From contig JAQGDQ010000035.1 of assembly GCA_030141605.1 (NCBI GenBank), positions 558,001 to 622,000 of the forward strand: DNA of 64,000 nt, written 5' to 3'. Below are positions 51,307 to 62,049 of the stretch, in pieces. This DNA comes from Tubiluchus corallicola (taxonomy: Eukaryota; Animalia; Priapulida). The notes under the pieces are model-generated. The model was not told the origin of the DNA. It ran no database searches and saw only the letters and a list, made by a program, of their open reading frames with translations. Numbering within the stretch: position 1 is the stretch's first letter; each line of letters opens with the position of its first letter. Made by a program: the position numbers and the translations under genes.

Positions 51307-53430
51307 TCAGCCTTCTTCAGGATCACTGCTATTACTTGTGGTTGCTTCTCCAGTTGCATCATATGTGTCTAATTTTATTGGAAACTGTTTTGACTTGAGA
51401 ACAGCTAATGCAGCAATATTTGATGTCGATACGTCTGTCGTATCTGAAGGAAACACATCCACACTTCTTTTTCTACATGGTGCAAGTTGACTAGAAAGGG
51501 CACCATTGTTGTCTATGATATCATTAATTTTTCCTTGTGATGCTTCAACTCTGACTCCTTCAATGTTTGCTCCTACTCTGTAAACATTCTTGCCGTCCTT
51601 ACATCTCTTCAAGTTAGGAAACTCCGTATTCTGCTCCGATACATCTGTAATATGATCTTTAGCTATTCCCGCTCGTTTTTTTGCTTGCTGTTCTCTCTTT
51701 TTCCACTCAGCTGCACGAACAGATAAAACCGACTTCAATTCTTCCAGAACACGTAATGACACCTCGTTTTGTGTTTTGTTTTGTTCAATGTCTTGCAAAT
51801 CCCAGTTTCCGTCACTAAGCTCTGTGTTAAGTGTATCAGAAGTAAAGGCTTCAAATACTTGATCCTCCTGTAAAACTGGCGGTAAATTAAACAGGGCAAT
51901 GCATGAGGAAGTTGATTGTGATTGTGGGGGCACAATTTTTTGCGCTTCAGTAGTCATCCTTAGTGTGGAGCTGTCACTTATAGAACTTTTCAGTAATGAT
52001 GTTGCTTCTTCAAGACATCCTCTGGCAGCTACGAAAGACTGCTGGATCTGTTCTAACTGAGAATGATAGGTCATCTGTTTCTCAGGGGGTGTCACCTTAC
52101 TACCATGTTCTACAGAAAGCAAATCTTCTAACCTATTTACTCTATTTAAAGCACTCTGTAAATGAAGCCCCAAGCTGTGTATGGCAGTAGACATTGGGAA
52201 ATTGCTATCACTTTCTGGTAATGTTTTCCTTTCAGGGCGTGCACAAAATGTATTCCTATGTAATTTGCTGCACCATTCTAAACTCATGCGGTCTTCATGT
52301 AATGAATGTGTTAAAGGCGTAAGTGTGACAGTAAGATCTTTTATCAGCAACTTAAAGTATGCAGAAGATTTGTTGTGCAAACTCATTGAGAGACTTATTG
52401 CTAGACGGCGAATAAATTCTGACATTTGAAGATTACATAATTGAGTAACTGACTTTAAAGCAGCTAAAGAATAACCATCTGTAAGTTCCTCTAACTCCTC
52501 ATCTTCTATTTTGTCAAGGCATCGACCGAACTCTGTCATGGGTATTGTAGACATGTACAGATCAGAGCTGTCCAAATCAGGACAAATTGGATAAGTGGAC
52601 ATAAAGCTAAATGTCTGTTGACGAAATTTTAGCATTGTATTTTTTGCCACAGCAAACAGTAGACGTCTAAGAGTAAGGCCTTGTCTGGATACACCTGAAC
52701 TCTCCAAACGAGAGACGGGCAACTGACTATTTATCAATGTGAATCCTCTTGCTACTAATTCTAATTCTTGGATAAGTCTTACACACTTTTGCATGAATGA
52801 TTTCATTAAATGTTTTTGTTCTAGAAAGAGTTCAATAACTGTTACACATTCTTCATGGCATGAACAGTGGACAGCTATTTGGCATAGTACTCCAAGATAT
52901 AGCATTAGAAAAACAACCAACAGCATTGGGTACAATGTCCAAAGGTGAAAATTTATTACTGCTATCGTCATGCTAATCAAACTCACCGCTACTGTACACA
53001 GCCAAGTTTTGCTATATGCAGGCGTGATAGCTACATTTTTGTAAATTTCATCTCCAAGAAGTTGTTCCACAAAGAGTAAATCATCATCTTCGAGCGATTT
53101 ACTAGAGGATATTAAATGGGTATAAAACTTTGAATAAATATGATCAGCTTTCGCACATTGAATTGTTTTGTAGTAGAACAAATGCATTAATAAGGATCTC
53201 ATACAAGACAGTACACATATGCAGTTGTCTTTCCAGGTTTTAGCATTATGCTTCTTTACGAATGTTTGTTGGCGCTTTTGATCATGCATCCATGATTGCT
53301 TTACAACATTCTGACATGTCTCGTCATTTAAGTTACCAGCATTTACCTCACTTAGATGCTTGTACAGCGGAGAATTGCACAAAATAACATCATCATCGTA
53401 CTCTTCCATTACACTTTTATCTTTCACCAT
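51307..53430 (-). CDS. VEZT: Vezatin homolog, coding region intronless, 707 aa
   Basis: EEYDDDVILCNSPLYKHL N-terminus, two TM segments, IQELELVARGFTL, LTDGYSLAALK, SEFIRRLA, SLGLHLQ; AATAAA on minus at 51260-51265. Confidence 0.9.
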   Translation of the reverse strand: MVKDKSVMEEYDDDVILCNSPLYKHLSEVNAGNLNDETCQNVVKQSWMHDQKRQQTFVKKHNAKTWKDNCICVLSCMRSLLMHLFYYKTIQCAKADHIYSKFYTHLISSSKSLEDDDLLFVEQLLGDEIYKNVAITPAYSKTWLCTVAVSLISMTIAVINFHLWTLYPMLLVVFLMLYLGVLCQIAVHCSCHEECVTVIELFLEQKHLMKSFMQKCVRLIQELELVARGFTLINSQLPVSRLESSGVSRQGLTLRRLLFAVAKNTMLKFRQQTFSFMSTYPICPDLDSSDLYMSTIPMTEFGRCLDKIEDEELEELTDGYSLAALKSVTQLCNLQMSEFIRRLAISLSMSLHNKSSAYFKLLIKDLTVTLTPLTHSLHEDRMSLEWCSKLHRNTFCARPERKTLPESDSNFPMSTAIHSLGLHLQSALNRVNRLEDLLSVEHGSKVTPPEKQMTYHSQLEQIQQSFVAARGCLEEATSLLKSSISDSSTLRMTTEAQKIVPPQSQSTSSCIALFNLPPVLQEDQVFEAFTSDTLNTELSDGNWDLQDIEQNKTQNEVSLRVLEELKSVLSVRAAEWKKREQQAKKRAGIAKDHITDVSEQNTEFPNLKRCKDGKNVYRVGANIEGVRVEASQGKINDIIDNNGALSSQLAPCRKRSVDVFPSDTTDVSTSNIAALAVLKSKQFPIKLDTYDATGEATTSNSSDPEEG

Positions 53431-53478
53431 TTTCTACGATGTAAAACTATTTGCTCTTAGTAGTGATGATTTTAATAA

Positions 53479-53530
53479 CTGAAAAAAGTACCCTGTCCTT
53501 TAAAGTTTGTGATCGATTGTTCAGACTTAC
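53479..53530 (-). other. Predicted 52-nt intron between TIM13 and vezatin
   Basis: Donor CT|GTAAGT at 53530 and acceptor TTTTTTCAG| ending at 53479, 48 nt before the vezatin ATG. Confidence 0.6.
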
Positions 53531-53927
53531 AGGACTGGTATCAAATTTAATATCATACTATAAGTTTCTATAATTATTTTAAATTTGCTAACTTTCTATC
53601 AAGTAAAACATCAGAAGGCATACAAGACTTGTTATTACAAAGGTACATGTATGCCTGTAACAATCAGATGTTGTTTAAAAAGTATTATATTGTTTCATCT
53701 CAACTTCAGGTTGCACTTGGCAAAAACTTCCTGTCAAAATGTGAAAGTATGCATGCAATCCAGGACGTACATAGAATAATTACACTAAGTCCAGCTAATG
53801 CTATTTTTCAAAAATCACAAGGAACCGCTCACACCCACACGATTTCTATAACGAACTAAGTTCAATGTTTACTATGCAAAGAAATTTAAGCAACATTGCT
53901 TCATTTGCAAAGATTGTTAAATGTCTC

Positions 53928-54206
53928 TTAACGGCCACTCTCCCGTTGAAGTCTAGTAGCATACGTTCGCGAAACAAGATTCCAAGAATCCATGTACCTG
54001 TCCATACACATTGCTATGCATTTCTGTTCTGAATTATCTAATGAACTACCTGGTTTGGCTATACATTTCTTAAAGCACTTATCCGACATTTTCTGCAGTA
54101 ATTCTTGTGCATTTGCCACAGCAATCTGCTGTTTAACAGCATCCATCAACTGATCTTTATCTAGAGTTTTGCTGTTTGCACCAAGTGGACTTGAAGAAAA
54201 ATCCAT
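53928..54206 (-). CDS. TIMM13: Mitochondrial import inner membrane translocase subunit Tim13, intronless, 92 aa
   Basis: [50 protein letters not shown]; twin CX3C motif. Confidence 0.97.
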   Translation of the reverse strand: MDFSSSPLGANSKTLDKDQLMDAVKQQIAVANAQELLQKMSDKCFKKCIAKPGSSLDNSEQKCIAMCMDRYMDSWNLVSRTYATRLQRESGR

Positions 54207-54236
54207 TCTTGCAAACTATGTATGCAGCAAACTTAG

Positions 54237-54261
54237 TTAAGAATATTCCGTTTCTTGAAAT
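54237..54261 (-). CDS. POLR1H: RNA polymerase I subunit RPA12, coding exon 4 (same exon runs on into TIM13)
   Basis: Acceptor TTTGTTTGTAG| at 54262, phase 2; completes CK-FQETEYS-TAA, matching the RPA12 C-terminus (KFQEKEDS in human). Confidence 0.88.
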
Positions 54262-55247
54262 CTACAAACAAATTAATTTCAGTAAAGAAATAAGAATCAT
54301 CAGAATAAAAGAACTTTAATGATTATCTGAAAATGTTCCATGAATGATTTTATTATATCAAAACTCATAGAACTTCCTTTATAATCCAGTAAATGAATAC
54401 ATAGAACTTCCTTTACAATCCATTAAATGAATACATTTTAATGGCAACATCTATAATAAAACATTCGTAGATGGAGTCCAAACAAAACTGTTTTAAAATT
54501 TATCGTTATTAGACAAAAATTAAACCAGTAAATTACAGCTGACAAAAAATAAACCAGAGCTGTAGTAGAGCCACTGATTCTCATGGTTGATACCATGAGA
54601 GGATCATGGTGTTTAACACCAGATCATTCTCTTTTTTGATAAATTTGCTTCACAAATTCTTGTTTCCTAGGAATGTTTTCAGGTCAAAGAAAGTCAAATT
54701 TTTTTTGCATAAGACCACGAGGAGATTCTATTCTAGAGATTCCCACATTTGTACCTTTGGCTTTAGGGTCAATTTGCAGGCCTCCTGGCAGAACAAGTAA
54801 AATATTATTGTTAATGGTGACATCATTTTTGGCAATATCTGGGATTCCTACCTTTGATTTTGAACCCAGGGTTGTTACAGGTCATCACCCAAAATTTGTC
54901 ACCAACTAGTTAGCATATACATCTGACATATTGCGAAAGTTATAAACTCAGAAAACAGCATAATATTATTAGGTTCAACATAACCTATGTCAGCATCCAG
55001 TCAGATATCGTCTTATCATTATCAACAGAAATAGTGGCATGACTAGTATTAATATGATGGTGTATGTCATCAAGTTTACAGACAAAATCGTTGCTGAATT
55101 GAGCTGCACACTGTAGCTTATCATCAGACTTAGGAAGACGGAATTTCCTTTCCATGAAATTCACCCGAAAGGCCAACATTTAGAGTTATTAAGTTTAATA
55201 TTTCATAGAGTCTCGTGGATTAGAAAAATTTGCAATAAAAACCATAC

Positions 55248-55357
55248 TTGCACGTGGGGCAAGTGTAGAAAACAGTTTGTCCTTCATCTGCTGACCGCGT
55301 TTGCAGTGTGAAATACGTCATGCCCTCTTTACCACATTTAGGACATTTCTTCTCAGA
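55248..55357 (-). CDS. POLR1H: RPA12 coding exon 3 (TFIIS-like zinc ribbon)
   Basis: TTTTTCAG| ... |GTATGG; [36 protein letters not shown]. Confidence 0.95.
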
Positions 55358-56544
55358 CTGAAAAATATAATTTTAATGTTAAATAATCTGTTGGGATGTT
55401 ATAATATTGCTGGAGAGAAGCATCTTGTAGAAGCTGCACACAACCTAACGAAAAATTTTGCTGCCATATCGTACTCGAAAATATCACTCCTGATGCTCAA
55501 TCTTTACAAAGTGACTAACCGACCTTGCATAGACCACTACAACCACATATGGGTTGGTGTTTCAGCCTTATTTAACCATTTAAGTGATTACAATGTCGTA
55601 ATGTCAATTAATTCACATTTGATTTTAGTCAACCCTGCAACCACATGGTCATCGAATGTTTACTGCTTTTGTGAAAGTTGGCTCGTGATCTCTTCTTGGT
55701 CAAAAGTTTGCATAGAGCTTTCTTGCTACCTCTCAAACTAACCTGAAAACTCTGTGTGCAAGACAGCCATTTATAAATCCAGTTTTTCTTTCACACCTCT
55801 TTTCCATGGAATTTTTATACAAACAAAAATAATTTCTCTATTTTAATATAACGTGCACTTGCTTCAAGATGTACATCAAAACTACAATTACTACTATCAA
55901 ATTATATATAAGAATTCCATTTCTGAGGATACGTATTCACATGAACTACATGAATTATACATAAAGCTGGCCTATACCATTCACTGACTGCTGTGAAGGA
56001 AATCTCAGTTTATCAATTCCTAGCAAGACAAAAAACCAAACAAAACAGATAGTGATACGTAAATTGAACATTTAGGCCTTTTTTATTTTCAGGTTAGAAT
56101 CACACGCACACGTACATATATATGTATATGTATAATATAATATAATCTGAGCTGCATTTTCCCAATTTCAGTGTAGAAAAGTATTCAAAAAATAATGTGT
56201 ACATTTATTCAAAAAATTTACGATCTTAGGTTAACGAAGTCAAAATAACTCAAGCAAAAATGTAATAACATGACTCCTGTGAGACAGGTAAGTGTGACAA
56301 ACACATCAGAATAACATGAGTCATTCTGGCAATTTGTACAAAATGCTGCTCTGATTCTTGCTCTTTTGAGAAAGTGCTTGGTAGTAGCAAACTTACTGAC
56401 CCTTAAATTCCATTAAGTTAATTATGCATTAATTACATTTTTTCAAGTATTATGTTAAGAGGTGTCAGGTCTGCAAATCAACTAAACTTGAAATACAAAA
56501 ATAAGAAAAACATTAAAAATATCTTCATAGAGATTTGATCATAC

Positions 56545-56642
56545 CACTGGTCCTGATAAACTTTTAGATGTTTGAGTCGATCCTTGTTTATCAATTCTGC
56601 TATTGACTTTAATCTCCGAAAAGTGCTTTATACCATCAAAAT
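56545..56642 (-). CDS. POLR1H: RPA12 coding exon 2
   Basis: TTACAG| ... |GTATGA, phase 1-0; DFDGIKHFSEIKVNSRIDKQGSTQTSKSLSGPV. Confidence 0.88.
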
Positions 56643-56859
56643 CTGTAATTACAAAAAAATCTGAAAACTCCATTTTCAATTGAAATGTGATAGATTCCAA
56701 AGTGGAAAACCTGACTAATGTCCAACGACTAAAAGTTGGCATCCCAGCATTGGCAAAGCAGTGTGGGTGCAGATGGTAGGAGGGGTGTTGTCGGTACTGA
56801 GATGAGACTGGTGGGTTAAGAAACAGAGTAGAAACCGAAAAAATTTGAAAAGTTGGACT

Positions 56860-59733
56860 TCTAAAATGAGTCTTTGTAGTTATTCGATCTGATTTGAAAT
56901 TATTGCGAAATGTGGCAAATACCATTTACCCATGCGTTTCTCTTCTGGTAATGTGATTTTACGAATGTAACTCTTTCTTAAGTGGTTCTCTATGACAGCA
57001 TTGTAAGCATCTCTGTAGACTGCACAAATGTTTCTCGGTACCCAACAGCCTCTTGTATGCCATGTTGTAATTGTCAAGTAATTCCACTGACTGAATTTTC
57101 CACGGTAATGATATTTTCTAGCGATTGTTTTCGTAATATAGAGATTTGCTAACAACGTGCATGGGTTTGTGATCTTGTAACAATGCATTTTGTGTATTAT
57201 TTCTCGCTATGGTGCCCATTGAGTTTATTTGCCAAAACTTTTGTAACACTTCCTCGATCTCACTGACATCTGTTGACTGCTGTGAGACATGCGTGCGAAT
57301 AAAGTTGGTCTGGACTGAATACGTGTTTCTTTTGTCCAGTTCTCCGATGCACGTCTATCTGAGTGGAGTAAGTCTAGCCACTGATTCTTCTGGTTTGCCA
57401 CAAATATCTTGGTAAGAATAGTGCAAGTCACTGTAGTCGACTCCAATCAACACATCGACAATAGAGCGCCGTCCACCATCACTGCAAAGTTTATGTCGTT
57501 TAAATGTGTCCATTTGTCCTTGTGCTTATTCCAGTTAATGACTTTTAAATTGCCAGTTACACGGATCATGGTAAATGCTTCCATTGGCAATTTCAGTTTA
57601 CCATCCAAACTTTCTAGCATGAACTTAACTGGCATTGTAGTAAATGTCTCTGTCTGTCCATTTAACACATTGACATTAACTTGCTGCAAGTGCCCTGTAG
57701 ACCTAACTCGGCAGCAACATCATACAGTACATACAGTAAATACCGTCATACAGTAAAGCGTTTACCAACAGTTGCCGTTGACCATTTTTAAATACTACTG
57801 GAGCTGTGCGTAGCGTAATGCTATCCACGAGTTTCACTGCACCTGACATTGTGGTGGCTCCATCCCCGGGTGGCAGTGCAGCGAGTCGCTGATCAGTCGA
57901 GTCTGCTTATACTGCCATATTAGTCTCAATTAATGTCTTAGGCTACGTTGTATTGTCTGAATGCAACAAGCGATGATGAGTGCTAACGCATTTGTTGAAA
58001 TTGCATGCTCTACAACGATAGCATGACTGTCTATTGTGATTGCTACCGAGGCAATGGTAACATAAGTTTAGCTGTTTAGCTAATATCCACCTGTGTGGAA
58101 TATCGTGCTGTTTAAATTTTTCGCATTTCCGAATGCCATGTTCACTATTACAGGCTCTGCATTTTATTAAGTTTCTGCGTCAAAACAAACTTGATTTATT
58201 TTCATTCGCATTTAAGCTAAAAAATGTTCTTTATTTTGGCTTCGTACTCAAATCGGTTGCTAACAATCCGTGTACTGTTTCATGGACAATTGTATGAAAC
58301 TCAGCTTCTTGTACGATCCATTCCTTTAAAGAAACGACGGTCAGCGAATTTTTCAATCTCCCTGGCATTTTCTGCGCGTATCGGCTTGAACCTCTCCAGT
58401 TCTTTTAAATGTAATGCCACCTGCCGGCGTCGCCCTCCGTACTTCCAGTCTAATCGCTCTTTAGCAGCCTGGTACGCGACAGCTGAGTGACCTAGATTTT
58501 CAATTACTTTCAATGCTTTGCCCGACAGGTACTGACATAGTTGCAAAAGTTCATATTCAGGCATTGCAGGTACTGAGTCAATATAAGCCTGAAATGCAGC
58601 CTTCCAATTTTCGAAGGCCTTTTTCCTCCGCTGAAAACTGGAATTGAAACACGTTTTAATTGACGCCACATATCCATGCCAATTGATTGTTCAGCTGGTT
58701 GCACTGGCTGTACTGCATGTAGAAGGCCTAATGTAGGTGTTCTGCTACTTGTGAAACTCGACAGCCTTCACCTGGCGAAACGTGACCTACGTAAGCTTTG
58801 CTGTCGTTTTCTTGGTGGCTGTACTGAAACTCGTCGTTGGCAAGCCTACTTCCGGTTTCACGTTGTAGCATACAGCTGGCTTTGCTATAAAATCAGGGCT
58901 AACTGGTGGAGTGCCCCACGCCAAATGCAACTTTTTGACCACAGTATCAGTTGAAATTTTCTGCTCTGGCATACTAGTCGCACAACCTGGGCGTTGCATT
59001 TTTAATGACCTCAGATAATCCTGCACCTGTGAATTTTGGCTTCATAATTATTTGTCAACGTTTCCATGTCATAAATCACTTCATCTGTTTATTCTTCGTA
59101 GGCGCCAGAATTGTCTTTAAGGTATACCTCTAACAGTGTTTCTAGTGCAAGCATGACCCAGACTTAAGGGTTTAATCTACCCTGCTGCATAACGCGACTA
59201 TTTGTTGTCGAGGAGCCATCTCTTCATTTTCTGTTAAACAAATTACGTTATTCTTGAGTTTAGTTAACGGTGATTTAGCCTGAGCTTTTCCTGGCTTCAG
59301 TTCTGTTAGGCTGAATTTGTTGAAACATGCCTCATCTGTGCTGGACGGTCCTTGACTTGCCATGCCGGTATTCTCCTATACCACAAGATGACGTTGAATT
59401 GTCTATCACCGATTCCCCATACAAGTGCCGTAACTGTTGATAACTCCCTACAAGTATCACACGAATCACAACTACTCTCTGCTACCAATAAAATGGTGCA
59501 GGGTAAACTCGAAATCGATAAAATTAAAGAAACGTAAATCTTATTTAGTTGAGAAATAAATCGCAACTATATTAGTGGAAGTAATGAAGTACTGAACCGA
59601 ACAGAACTAACAACTAAAGGGGACTAGTAAAAACTGGCTTCACTTATATATAAGTGAATTCCCGAAACAGGGGCGCAACGTGTCAAATTCTTCACGCCAT
59701 CTCTTGATAAAAAGCTTCAGTCAGACCTCAACA
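56860..59733 (-). mobile_element. Degenerate Bel/Pao LTR retrotransposon (5' LTR, PBS, gag, protease, start of RT; 3'-truncated) in RPA12 intron 1
   Basis: LTR TG..CA 59733-59494; PBS TGGTAGCAGAGAGTAGTT at 59487-59470 (initiator tRNA-Met type); IPVFSG/FENWKAAF gag; three Cys/His knuckles ending HHRLLH; WYLPHF. Confidence 0.9.
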
Positions 59734-59821
59734 ATCAACTTTCTTCTCTACTCCTGAAATTATTTTGAACTGGTCCTTGCAGCTGCTCATTTACAGTGTT
59801 GTTCACAAGGAATAGGGATGG

Positions 59822-60295
59822 CAGAAAGTATAAAAAGTCCTACTGCACAGCAGTAAGCGCAGTTAATGTCGCCCTAGCAGCACAGCAGTACGGACTGTTG
59901 TTGCCAGGTATGCTATAGCGCAAGCTGTTCACGCACAGGTGTGTAATGTAGCAGATGAATTGATGAGACCACCAAAGTCAGGCTGGTCGACAGGCGCTCA
60001 CAACTTGCTCAGCAGTGAGTTCAAAAACACAAATAAAAATATCTTTTTAAATTTCCCGAGGATGCAGCCAGGTAATTATATCAAAATGCTAATTATAACA
60101 AGATTTTTAAGCTTTTGTTACAAGTTAAATATTGTACACTAAGCAAAGACTGCAAGGCCTTTGTCTGTCTTTGGCGATTTATAGCAGCTGTTATATTTTT
60201 GAATGTTATTTAAAAGCAAGCATAAGGCACTAAGAATAATTAGTAGTAAAAATAAAAACTATAATACTCATATCTCATGAAAATCAATAGGCTTA
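59822..60295 (+). mobile_element. 5' fragment of the same P-element family (copy 3)
   Basis: Colinear with 41545-42000 and 43905-44355 (GCGCAGTTA.TGTCGCCCTAGC, CCAGGTAATTAT, CTAAGCAAAG.CTGCAAGGCCT). Confidence 0.8.
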
Positions 60296-60528
60296 CGAAA
60301 GTTAAAGCTAAAGTTTCACCAAATTTGAGATTAACGGCTCAGGCTGAGAAGATATACTTGTACAGGCCAGAGCAGAAGGTAAAATGGAAAGAAAAGATGT
60401 AGAAGATTAGAAATAAAATAAGCAACAAAAATGATTGAAATAACAATGTGATAGTGTGGGTAAGGAAATAACAATGAAAGTGAATGAGATGATGACAAAA
60501 ATAAAGATTAGCTTCAGTTAAAGTTAGC

Positions 60529-60640
60529 GTGGATTGTTGCGTGACATGACCATAACTGGTCAAAATGCTGCAATTGTTTGTGTCTGAATAAAAGCCACGT
60601 TTTTGCTTAAGTGGGTGCTCGCTGTTATTTTCATTTTAAG
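60529..60640 (+). repeat. Dispersed repeat, Penelope-like terminal fragment (homologous to 22058-22168)
   Basis: Direct similarity to the reverse complement of 22058-22168. Confidence 0.55.
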
Positions 60641-61275
60641 CATTCGTCTTACCCAACATCAATCAGTTTCTGCATTTCAGGATCAACATAAAATGGAGCA
60701 TTTAGGTATCATTATCCATATCTCGATTTTTCTTAGGGATGTAATGATCATAATGGGATCAGCATGCTTATTTTGTACACATGGTAATATCCTATGAGCT
60801 GCACCACTAATCCACACATCTGTAACAGTACTGGATGTTTCTCCTAAACTAGAACAGTTGTCCCTTCCAGCCTTCCTCCCATCATCATGCAAAACGTGGC
60901 ACGATTCACCAAAGGAGTTTGGAAATTTACCATTAGAACGAAGTGAGGCTACTTCCGCTGAGACTTCAACATTTCTTGTGTCAGATTGTCTACATACTGA
61001 CTAATTAGTCAGTTCTTATTTGACATTAGTATACATTTTCCAGAACTGTTAATAATCAAAATAAATGAATTTCTAATGTTACTTTAAAGAAATCAATATT
61101 TTTGACATGTTCACTAAGTTATAAACGTTAACTACAAGTATGCAAAGACTGAGCTAACACAGCTATAACAATGTTGTAATACTACTTATTACTAGCAGTT
61201 TATGATTCAGAATCGTAATATTATTATTTGCCTTTACAAGAGAATAAATGTTGCAGTACTAGAAGTTACACTAAC

Positions 61276-61435
61276 CAGTTACATTAATGCTGAAACCACA
61301 CGCACTACACCTTACACAATCTTCTTCTCCTGGTAAAGGTAAAACTGAACCACAGTCCCTGCAAAACTCAATTGCGCTACTTGCAAAACATGAACGTGCT
61401 GTAAGCTTTCTATTTGCACGAGGCTGCTCTGACAT
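61276..61435 (-). CDS. POLR1H: RPA12 (ZNRD1) coding exon 1; whole CDS join(61435-61276, 56642-56545, 55357-55248, 54261-54237) = 130 aa
   Basis: MSEQPRANRKLTARSCFASSAIEFCRDCGSVLPLPGEEDCVRCSACGFSINVT then |GTTAGT; N-terminal FCxxCGSVLPLP..CxxC ribbon; exons total 393 nt in frame. Confidence 0.93.
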
Positions 61436-61559
61436 AGCAGTTGCACGTTGTCAAAAGTGAATTAGAAACTCGAACAGCTGATATCACTCAAACGAAACTC
61501 ACGTTTCAGTAAAAGTCAAAATCTAGTTATTCAGCGTTTTCGTGACAGTCGGAAAAACT

Positions 61560-61800
61560 TACCGACTGTTCTAAATTATAGGAGCAAGTCTAACGGCTGA
61601 GTTTAAGGTCACCCACAGCACCCATTGAAAAAGCACGTTGCAAAAAGATGAAAGTACAGTATTCGCGCATGTTACTAGATATTACAGATCATGCGATACT
61701 GTAATTTCAGCGTTTCTTCCCGGCAAAGACGGACGTCATTATTTGCACCCCAAGTCTCAAATTCAATCAAGTTTATTTATCCTAGCCTCGGCCTGTAAGT
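61560..61800. promoter_or_regulatory. Probable promoter region of RPA12, possibly bidirectional
   Basis: CpG-richer patch just upstream of the RPA12 ATG with a CRE-like GACGTCA near 61732; outward-facing GTAAGT donors at 61562 (-) and 61795 (+). Confidence 0.4.
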
Positions 61801-62049
61801 CTGTTTTCAAGTTGTATAGTTTCTCACTTTCAAACACGTTCTTCAGCATTTTTTCCATACAACGTATAGAGCAACATAACAACTTAACGGCTTTTTGTGG
61901 AAGAACTTGCCTTTCAAAAATCTTAGTTTTGATAGGCTAGTGCTTTTCATTTCTGTTGAAATTTTTCTTCAATAATTATCTCTTAGTGTATTTTTAACTT
62001 TCTTCTTCCATTGTATTCCGCTTAATGATCAGAATAAAGATCAGTTCTC

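Noticed and set aside
54207-54236. RPA12-TIM13 fusion protein by stop-codon readthrough (spacer is a multiple of 3)
   Set aside because: The spacer has a second in-frame stop (TAG), and TAA is the least leaky stop; both proteins look complete alone.
45900-54440. Short direct duplications at about 45900-45978 and 54367-54433
   Set aside because: Ordinary local slippage duplications with no further structure.
56539-56925. 128-aa ORF as a gene
   Set aside because: Chance join of Pao remnant, intron and RPA12 exon 2; only 56545-56642 is supported.
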